Assembly (NCBI RefSeq): GCF_963506605.1
Contig: NC_083281.1
Span: forward strand, 36,766,001-36,830,000
Origin: Zootoca vivipara
Lineage: Eukaryota
Length of the DNA stretch: 64,000 nt
Direction: 5' to 3'
How positions within the stretch are numbered: the first letter of the stretch is position 1; every line of letters starts with the position of its first letter. Position numbers and translations under genes: made by a program. The notes beneath the pieces were generated by a model. The model saw only the letters and a program-made list of their open reading frames with translations, was not told where the DNA came from and did no database searches. This document shows positions 55,214 to 64,000 of this stretch, piece after piece.

Positions 55214-56764
55214 TAGAATCATAGAATCATAGAGTTGGAAGAAACCACAAGGGCCATCCAGTCCAACCCCCTGCCAAGCAGGAAACACCATCAAAGCATT
55301 CTTGACATATGTCTGTCAAGCCTCTGCTTAAAGACCTCCAAAGAAGGAGACTCCACCACATTTCTTGGCAGCAAATTCCACTGTCGAACAGCTCTTACTG
55401 TCAGGAAGTTCTTCCTAATGTTTAGGTGGAATCTTCTTTCTTGTAGTTTGAATCCGTTGCTCCGTGTCCGCTTCTCTGGAGCAGCAGAAAACAACCTTTC
55501 ACCCTCCTCTATATGACATCCTTTTATATATTTGAACATGGCTATCATATCACTCCTTAACCTTCTCTTCTCCAGGCTAAACATACCCAGTTCCCTAAGC
55601 CGTTCCTCATAAAGCATTGTTTCCAGGCCTTTGACCATTTTGGTTGCCCTCCTCTGGACACGTTCCAGCTTGTCAGTACAGTACTGTATCCTTCTTGAAC
55701 TGTGGTGTCAAGAACTGGACACAGTACTCCAGGTGAGGTCTGACCAGAGCAGAATACAGTGGTACTATTACTTCCCTAGATCTAGATGCTATACTCCTAT
55801 TGATGCAGCCCAGAATTGCATTGGCTTTTTTAGCTACTGCATCACACTGTTGACTCATGTCAAGTTTGTGGTCTACCAGGACTCCTAGATCCTTTTCACA
55901 TGTACTGCTCTCAAGCCAGGTGTCTCCCATCCTGTATTTGTGCCTTTCAATTTTTTTGCCCAAGTGTAGTACTTTACATTTCTCCTTGTTAAAATTCATC
56001 TTGTTTGCTTTGGCCCAGTTGTCTAATCTGTTAAGGTCATTCTGAAGTGTGATCCTGTCCTCTGGGGTATTAGCCACCCCTCCCAATTTGGTGTCATCTG
56101 CAAACTTGCTCAGGATGCCTTCAAGCCCATAATCCAAGTCATTGATAAAGATGTTGAATAAGACTGGGCCCAAGACAGAACCCTGTGGCACCCCACTAGT
56201 CACTACTCTCCAGGATGAGGAGGAGCCATTGATGAGCACTCTTTGGATTCGGTCAGTCAGCCAGTTACAAATCCACTGAATGGTAGCATTGTCTAGCCCA
56301 CATTTTACCAGCTTCTTTACAAGAATATCATGGGGCACCTTGTCAAAGGTCTTGCTGAAATCAAGATAGGCTATATGCACAGCATTCCCTTCATCTACCA
56401 GGCTTGTAATTCTGTCAAAAAATGATATCAGATTAGTCTGACATGACTTATTTTTCAGAAACCCATGCTGACTTATAGTGATCACAGCGTTTCTTTCTAG
56501 GTGCTCACAGACCGTTTGCTTAATGATCTGCTCTAGAATCTTTCCTGGTATTGATGTCAGGCTTACTGGGCGGTAATTGTTTGGGTCCTCTCTTTTCCCC
56601 TTTTTGAAAATAGGGACAACATTTGCCCTCCTCCAGTCTGCTGGGACTTCGCCTGTTCTCCAGGAATTCTCAAAGATTATTGCCAGTGGTTCTGAAATCA
56701 CCTCTGCCAGTTCTTTTAATACTCTTGGATGTAGTTCATCTGGCCCTGGAGACTTGAATACATT
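55214..56764 (-). mobile_element. Young 5'-truncated CR1 LINE with a frameshifted ORF2 RT domain
   Basis: ORF 55673-56701 has RT motifs ([40 protein letters not shown]). The C-terminus continues in ORF 55291-55638. (ATTCTATG)n tail at 55214-55232. One 10-bp insertion at 55679-55688. Confidence 0.95.
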
Positions 56765-57081
56765 GGTTACCTAGAGACATCTGAAGGGCTGCCAGTTCCT
56801 TGCCCCTGTTCTTAGCCTTGTGGGTGCTGAGGGCAAGTCCCTAGAGTCTTGTAGCAAACCAGCCTTGGTTGGGCAATGATGGCTCTGGAAGAGAGGGAAC
56901 ATTCCGTATGTTGTTCTCCAGCTCTTGCTTTTGCTGGAAGCTCGCCAGCCACGCTAAGAATTGCTGCCAGGCAGCCTGCCCCGAAACAGCTGGCACCAAA
57001 GCAAACACGGCACTGAGCATGCCTGGATTCTCATGTATATTAGCATCTGAAGATACAAAAACATATTGTGCCTCACACCGC

Positions 57082-57670
57082 CAGGGCCGGTGCTAGGGTT
57101 TTTGGCGCCCTAGGTGAGGTCACCTTCTGGCGCCCCTCCCCCAGTGTGAATGGCAGGAGGGATGAAAAGGGGCACAGAGCCCATGTTGCTGGCCTGGGCA
57201 GCGGCCGCTGTCTCCGTGCCGCTGCCGGCGCCACTTCCTTCCTGCTCTCGGCCGCTTCTGGCCGCTTCCTCCCGCTCGGCCCAGAGGTGCCCGCAGCTTC
57301 TGATTAGCTGCTCTTGCAGCCAATCAGAATCTGCGGGTGCCTCTGGGCCGAGCGGGAGGAAGCGGCCGGATGCGGCCGAGAGCAGGAAAGAAGCGGCGCC
57401 AGCAGTGGCATGGAGACAGTGTCCACCGCCCAGGCCAGCCTCCAGAAGGCGTGCACAGCGGCGGCGGCCTCAGAGGAGGATCACCTCCCGCGTCCTCCTC
57501 CCCACAGTGCCCCTGTTTGCCAGGTGCCCTGGCGCCCCCCAGCCCAAGCCTAGGGACGGCCCTGCAGGCAGTGGCGGGCGGTGGGCGGGCTGGCCAGCGC
57601 AGCACCCCTCAATTTCAGCGCTCTAGGCAGTGGCCTAATTTGCCTTTACAGTATTAGCGCGCCGGCCCTG
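57082..57670. mobile_element. GC-rich hAT element with a long internal inverted repeat
   Basis: TIR cagggccgg / ccggccctg; TSD cacaccgc/cacaccac; internal hairpin at 57188-57439. Confidence 0.88.
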
Positions 57671-58110
57671 CACACCACAACCTTTGATTATCACATGTAT
57701 AAAAAGATTCTCATATATCTTAACAACTGCCTGGGGAGAGATATTTCATGAGTCTGAGATTCAGCAGGGTCCAAAATTCATGGCTATGTTCAAGATTTAA
57801 CAGGGGGAAAACTCAAAAGGAAAGGCAATTCAGATAATTTGATGTGATGATGATGATTACTGTTACTGTTGTTACCTTACAATGGACTACATCCAGACCA
57901 TCCTATCTCATCTTAAAAAGGAAAGATATAAATGGGGCTCATGGGCACATACTCAACCCTTTCACTGCTCCATTTCAAGCTGGAGCAAACAAACCAGGAA
58001 CTCTTCAATTAATTATAGTTTCTTATTCTGTCTAAACCAGGAAACCATGGCTTGAGGCTTTCAATTTCAAACCAGGGTTTCATATCCTGGCTTGTTCCAA
58101 AGCTCTTAAC

Positions 58111-58246
58111 CAGGCACCCCCAAACTGCGGCCCTCCATATGTTTTGGCCTACAACTCCCATTATCCCTAGCTAACAGGACGAGTGGTCAGGGATGATGGG
58201 AATTGTAGTCCAAAACATCTGGAGGGCCAAAGTTTGGGGATGCCTG
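58111..58246. mobile_element. Palindromic hAT MITE
   Basis: caggcacccccaaact / agtttggggatgcctg; perfect TSD ctcttaac. A further copy lies at about 58695-58830. Confidence 0.92.
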
Positions 58247-59366
58247 CTCTTAACCATAGTTTCCTGATCCATAGTTTGGATCAAGTGGGAAAAATAGGTA
58301 AAGGGAGACTTTCTAGTTTCAAGACCGGTCCTACCATTAGGCAGAATGAGGCAGATGGAATGTGAGGGGATGCCTATTTATTTGGAGGTTTACAAAAGGG
58401 AGAGCAGGAGGGACCTTGAAGTTGCCCATCCTTAGCTGGACAGCAGACAGTTCACCTGTAGACTAGTACCCACTGTGGTGAGGTATATTGTATTTCTCTT
58501 TAAATTATGGTAATAATTTATAATTTTGCATTTATCCATATAAAGTAACATATGAAAATATTGTGCATATCTGTGGCCTCTTTTGAGGCAATGTGTAAGT
58601 AGCTACCTTGGTCTTCCCTCCTCAGGTTACAGTGCCCAGGATCATGAGAGAAGGCATTACAATTAACATGCTATAAAACTGACATAAGTTTGTTGAGGAC
58701 TTCCTCAACCTCAGCCCTCCAGGGGCTTTTGGCCTACAACTCCCATGATCCTAGCTAGCAGGACCAGTGGTCAGGGATGATGGGAATTGTAGTCTCAAAA
58801 CATCTGGAGGGCCAAGGTTGAGGAAGCCTGTTCTAGAATACAGTATACATTTTTCCAGGAGTTTATCACCTGAAGTCACTTTGCAGGCAACAATCCCTGG
58901 CAGCTGACTTTGGGTGTTGTCAGTGGACCCAACAGCTTGCCAAGGATGCTGGTAGCTGGTGCCAGCCCTGCACCAGAAGCCAACATGAAGCAAAGTGAAC
59001 CTGGCTAGGACAACGACAAACCAATAGGAAAGCAAGACAGGAAGGAGTAACCCAGGTAACTTAGCAACCTTAAAAATGGTTGCCAGAGAGGAGGTGGGGC
59101 TATTGTCAGTCAGAGGCCTAGTTCCTGGGACACCAACGCCCCAAGGGCTGGGGTGGGGGGCTGTGATAAGATAGCAAGCAAAACCAGTCAGGCAAGTTGG
59201 AAACCCGCCAGAATCATCGATTCTTCAAGACAGCTTTTGGCTTAAATAAAAGCAATTAAGAAGAGCAGCACGTGCCCTGGTTAGTGGTTGAAATTATATT
59301 TACAAAAAGAAAAACAAGGAGAGCAGAAGTCTGTGTGATCTTGCCAAGTAGTGAGGAGAATGGTAG

Positions 59367-59587
59367 TAGTCATACCTCGGTTTATGTCCGCTGTGGTTTG
59401 AGTACTTTTGGTTTAAGTACTCTGCGGACCCGGAAGTGTTTACTTCCGGGTTCCGCCGTGTGCGCATGCGCAGAAGCGCTCTATCGGCTCTTCACGCACG
59501 TGCGCTATTGCCGCTCGGTTTAAGTACTTTTCGGGGAGCGAATGGCACCCCGGAACCAATTAAGTACTTAAACCCGAGGTACCACTG
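59367..59587. mobile_element. Tc1/mariner-type MITE
   Basis: tagtcatacctcggttta ... taaacccgaggtaccactg|TA; internal ttaagtac repeats and palindrome acccggaagt..acttccgggt. Confidence 0.8.
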
Positions 59588-59977
59588 TATAGTTTCTGGT
59601 CCACTGCAAAAGTATGAGAGCTGATACCACATTTGAGGGAGCCATTAGCAAAATTCCTGCCCTACCAAGCCATGGACTTACCTAACACCAGCAGTGGGTA
59701 GCTATGAACCATTTAAAATTTCCCACAATGCCCTGGCCTGAGGCTACTTCAGGTGGGAAATATAAAGTGGTGGTTTATCCACCACTTGGCATGTTTGTTT
59801 GTGTGTGGCAAATTGATTCTTTTCCCCAATCTACTCATTTCCCTTGATATTCAGCCATTTCTCAGGGCTGTCTCCTTCATCCAGACATTTGATCATGCAG
59901 ATGCCTGGGCCATGTGCCCTGTCACCATATGCACAATGAAGCTCGCTCCATATTTACGATTCTAGGCACACCACTTT

Positions 59978-60148
59978 CAGGGCCGTCTCGAGCAGGTCGG
60001 GCGCCCTGGCGCTGAGGCGCAGAGATCGCTCCTGTGCCCCCGCAGCGCGCAGCACGGCTTCCGCGCGGCTTTGTCACGCAGCGCCCCCCCTGCCGGCCTG
60101 GCGCCCTGCCGCCCCGCGCCACCGGGAGTGCACCTAGAGCCGGGCCTG
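59978..60148. mobile_element. GC-rich hAT MITE
   Basis: Homologous to 11112-11265; perfect TSD accacttt. Confidence 0.88.
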
Positions 60149-61063
60149 ACCACTTTGATTGAGCAGGCGTTCCAGATGCCCACAAAAAGCCCAAGTGTGA
60201 ATGTCAGCCTCATCCCACGTTCTGTTCAGGTTTCTGCTATTCAGTATTCAGATCTCTCTCCCTTGTCAGGGTGAGATAGCAACTCTCTTATCAGCAGTGC
60301 TTTTTATGAAGGATGTAAACCTGCGTGTTTTGGCAGCATCCCAACAGGCCACCCAGCAGTTTCTGGCTGTTCTCAGATCCTGTCAGGAACTTGGAAGGGT
60401 GTCATCACACCACTAGAAACATCATGAGTTAATAGCTCTGCCTCTTTCCCCTCCACCCTTGAAATCCATAGGTCTTACTTATGGCCCCTTAAAGACTAGC
60501 CAACTCATGATGGCATAAGCCAGAGGGGGGCTCATTATACCTGCCGTGTCTCCCACTTGGCCCTTGGTGTGGTTGTGCCCAAACCATGCTCCCCATCTAT
60601 CACCTGACATCAGATGCGGCAGCAGTAAACCCACTCTAGATGGGTTTACTTATTCTCCCTTTCCACCCGCTAGTACAGTTCAGTGTAGGGTTTATTATTA
60701 TTATTATTATTAAAATGTGGAATCTTTTTGTGTTGTTCTGTGGTGACAGAAAAGGGCACCAAATTCAAAAAGGGGGTTTGATGTTCAGCATACACTGTGC
60801 AAGGCTCCCAAATACCTTTGGGGCCTGGATCTGGGGCAGGTCAATCCTGGGCCATAATGTGCCATTTCAAAGTGCAGATCACGCTCCAAATCATGAGGGG
60901 GGGGGGAGAGCACACAGCCCTAGTTTAAACCCTCCGTATACCACTTTAACCACCATGGAGATTCCTGGGAACTGTAATGTGTCAAGGGTGATGGAAATTG
61001 TACTGTAGGTCTATGAGGTTAGCACCCTTAGCCACTTACAGTTCCCAGGATTCTTTAGCACTA

Positions 61064-61294
61064 CAGTGGTACCTCTACTTACGAATTTAATGCGTTCCAA
61101 ACACACATTTCTAAGTCGAAAAAAATCCCATAGGAATGCATTGGGAGAAAAAATTCGTAAGTAGAAGCAACCCTATCTAAAAATTCGTAAGTAGAAAAAA
61201 TCCTATCTAAACCGCATCCAAGATGGCGGACGGAGCTCCATTCGTAAGTAGAAACATTAGTAAGTAGAGTTATTCGTAAGTAGAGGTACCACTG
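61064..61294. mobile_element. Tc1/mariner-type MITE nested in an older palindromic element (about 60900-61345)
   Basis: TA|cagtggtacctctacttacgaat ... attcgtaagtagaggtaccactg|TA; repeated ttcgtaagtaga subunits. Confidence 0.9.
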
Positions 61295-61923
61295 TACTGT
61301 TAAAGCAGTATACAAAAGCTTTGCACAGTATGGTGTGGATGTGACCTGAGAGTGCTTTGTTTTCTTCCTTTGCAGCTACGACTCAAACTTGAGCCACGCT
61401 TGCAAAGGAAGCTTGTTCCATTGCACCCACGGCTTGAATTGAAGCTGAACTACAAAGGAAAATTTGAGCCTGAGTTGTCCTTGTAAAGGAACATTTTATC
61501 TCTTTTCAGCCATGGCTTGGATTGTAGTTGGGCTTCAAAGGAAGAAGCTCAACCTGAGGTCACTCCCATTCTTCCTTTGAAGCTGCTTCACCTGACACCA
61601 GGTGATTCACAGGGGACTGGCCCTGCCCACCTGTTAATGTGGTCCACAGGGGGTAGGGACATTTTTGATCTTGCTTATCAGGTTATGTCCACCCAGACAT
61701 ATGCATTTATGGACTGTCTTAAAGATTAACCCTTTATGGTAGATTGTGCTTTTGTGGACTACCTGAAAGACTAACAAACTTGTGAGTCAATTTGGAGTGA
61801 TGGTTAGAGTGTTGGAGATCAGCGTCCATATTCCTATTCGATCATGAAGCCCACTGGGTAACTTTGGGCCAGTCACCAACAGCATTTTTGATTCACATAT
61901 TGTTTCAGGAAAGTGCAAACTAA

Positions 61924-62259
61924 GTAAAGGTAAAGGGACCCCTGACCATTAGGTCCAGTCATGACCGACTCTGGGGTTGTGGCGCTCATCGTGTGTTATT
62001 GGCCGAGGGAGCCGGCGTACAGCTTCCAGGTCATGTGGCCAGCATGACTAAGCCACTTCTGGCGAACCATAGCAGCACACGGAAATGCCGTTTACCTTCC
62101 CGCTGTTTATCTATTTATCTACTTGCACTTTGACGTGCTTTTGAACTGCTAGGTTGGCAGGAGCTGGGACCGAGCAACGGGAGCTCACCCCGTCACGGGG
62201 ATTCAAACCACCAACCTTGATTGGCAAGCCCTAGAGTCTGTGGTTTAACCCACAGCGCC
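61924..62259 (-). mobile_element. Sauria/Squam1-type SINE (slightly 5'-truncated)
   Basis: Same family as the 10664 copy; no clear TSD. Confidence 0.88.
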
Positions 62260-64000
62260 TTAAAATCCAAACCGTTTGAATTTTCCCCCCATCCCTCCTT
62301 TTCACTCGCTTCATACCAGTGCATTTTTCAGCATGCAAATTCTATTCTGTATCTGAGATAATTCACTCCTATATGGTCACTGTCCTCAAAACTGGGCAGC
62401 CTGAGACTTAGCACAGGCCTCTTGCGCCTCACCCAAGTGCCCTGGGAGATTTGAAGAAGGCTTTGAAGGAATAAAAAGTGACGGCAGGCGGAGACAAGTG
62501 AGGTCCTTTCAGGTACAGGAGCAGCATCCTCAGAGATCTCTGTACAGAAACACCTACTGGGCAGGGCTGGCCTTACCATGAAGCAACATGAAGCTGTTGC
62601 TTTAGGCAGCTGTTTTCAGAGAGAGCCCACCCATTTTCTTTTCCATTTTTGGCTTTCAACTCCCTGGGTCCCTTCAAATTAAACAAACAACAACCACCCA
62701 GCCTCTTTAAAATAGGACATGAGTTTGTATTTATTCAACATTAGCCCTATGCTGAGTAGACTCATCAAAATTAATGCTCATACCTAACTTAGGTTGATCA
62801 TTTTCAGTGGGTCTACTCTTGAGTATATCTTAGTTGGATGCAACCCATAGACAGATAGCAAAGTCACAGCAGTGCATTGGCATGCGCAAGAAGGGATTGG
62901 CACATTTGTCAATTTTTGTTTCAGTTTCTCATTTTTCCAGAATTCAGTGCATATCCAGTGCATATAGTGTACCCATTTTTGTGTGCATTGCGTGCCTGGA
63001 GAGCTGCACTGCAAAATTTGGAGAACTGCAAATTCTGAAGGATGCCTGTGTTTCACTTCACGTATCGTTTTTGAAAGTGTACAATGAGTAGGCTTGCCTT
63101 TAAATGTGAACTGAAATGAATTTCTCCCCCCATCCATACTCATAAGGGCTAGAAACTTCTTTTAAAGAAGGTTTGGGTTCTCAGGAATTTCATATGCTTT
63201 TGTGGTTGCAGCAGACACACACACACACAGAAAGAGCCCCGGGAACAGAGACGTGCAGTACAGTACTGCTATTAGTAACAGCAATAGGCTGCACAGGATC
63301 AGTCCGTTGGCCAGTTTAATATTATTTTTTGGGCCTTAACGGCTTCAGCTTCTGGAGCACTCATGTAATATCTGGCTTAATAAAACATAGGGCATGGCTG
63401 TTTCCTTGCTAGCTTGGGAATTTTCCTCCAGAAAAAAACAATTATCAAGTCTGGCCAAAATTCTGACTCCTTGGTAATTACTAGTAACAAAGTGCAGCTC
63501 TTTAGGGCTTTCTTAATATTGTGTTATTTTTAAAAAGGAAGGGGGATGGGGGAGAAGAATGTTTCAATTACCTCAAAGAAATATGATTACACGAGGGTCA
63601 AACAATTAAGCTAAATGGTTCATGTGTTGCTTCATTACTTTCCCCATCCATAAACTCGGAGGGCAAATTGCCAGGAGTCTCAAAGTAACTGAAAAGCAGG
63701 GGAGACAGAGGACGTTCCTCCCCCCCCCCTTGCTTCTCCCAACATAACCCTGTTCACAGCCTCTGGTGCTTTACTGCAGTTATGGCATGCCTAGTCTAGG
63801 GAAATGAGCTCTGCTTTAACTACATCCAGCCCCCAGTCTGAACACACAAGCAGAGCTAAGGGCTCCTTCCCATCTTACCTTTTATCTAGGCACATTTTTG
63901 TGCTACAACAAACACAGCCCCCCAAACAGTCCCATTTTAACACAGTTATATAACCCATGATTTGAAAGCTATAAAAATTGTGATGGGCAGATCACACTTC

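Noticed and set aside
55291-56701. Reverse transcriptase as a functional gene or retron-like system
   Set aside because: Ordinary 5'-truncated CR1 ORF2 lacking the endonuclease domain and promoter, and frameshifted.
61350-61520. Strong acceptor-like sites (tttcttcctttgcag, tcttttcag) as the next RUNX3 exon
   Set aside because: In the required phase the first gives an immediate stop (T-T-T-Q-T-*), and neither encodes RHRQKLED; the next exon is probably beyond the window.

Overview
Eukaryotic, repeat-rich vertebrate DNA. The Sauria/Squam1-type SINEs, BovB-like RTE, CR1 and L2 fragments point to a squamate, most likely a lacertid lizard. The only host gene I can support is RUNX3 (+ strand). Three coding exons are present: the P2 first exon ([17 protein letters not shown]..., 26745-27005) and two further Runt-domain exons (38667-38823, 46308-46412), with canonical GT donors and AG acceptors in matching phases. 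I did not find the distal P1 exon or the downstream exons (RHRQK... to VWRPY), so the window is mostly P1-P2 interval plus introns. The P2 promoter sits inside a broad CpG-retaining domain of about 15 kb (about 19.7-34.9 kb). The rest is a dense set of non-autonomous DNA transposons (hAT MITEs with 8-bp TSDs, Tc1/mariner MITEs with TA TSDs), SINEs, LINE fragments and microsatellites. I see no convincing wholly new system. The most interesting leads are: (1) a 1.42-kb hAT element carrying CpG-rich non-transposase cargo (Pack-TIR-like) in a RUNX3 intron; (2) a probable Tc1/mariner excision footprint that frameshifts a young CR1; (3) a dense cluster of short palindromic elements that keep their CpGs inside the CpG domain; (4) RUNX motifs carried by the Sauria SINE; (5) uORFs and an in-frame CUG in the P2 leader. 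Nearly all ORFs in the supplied track are spurious.
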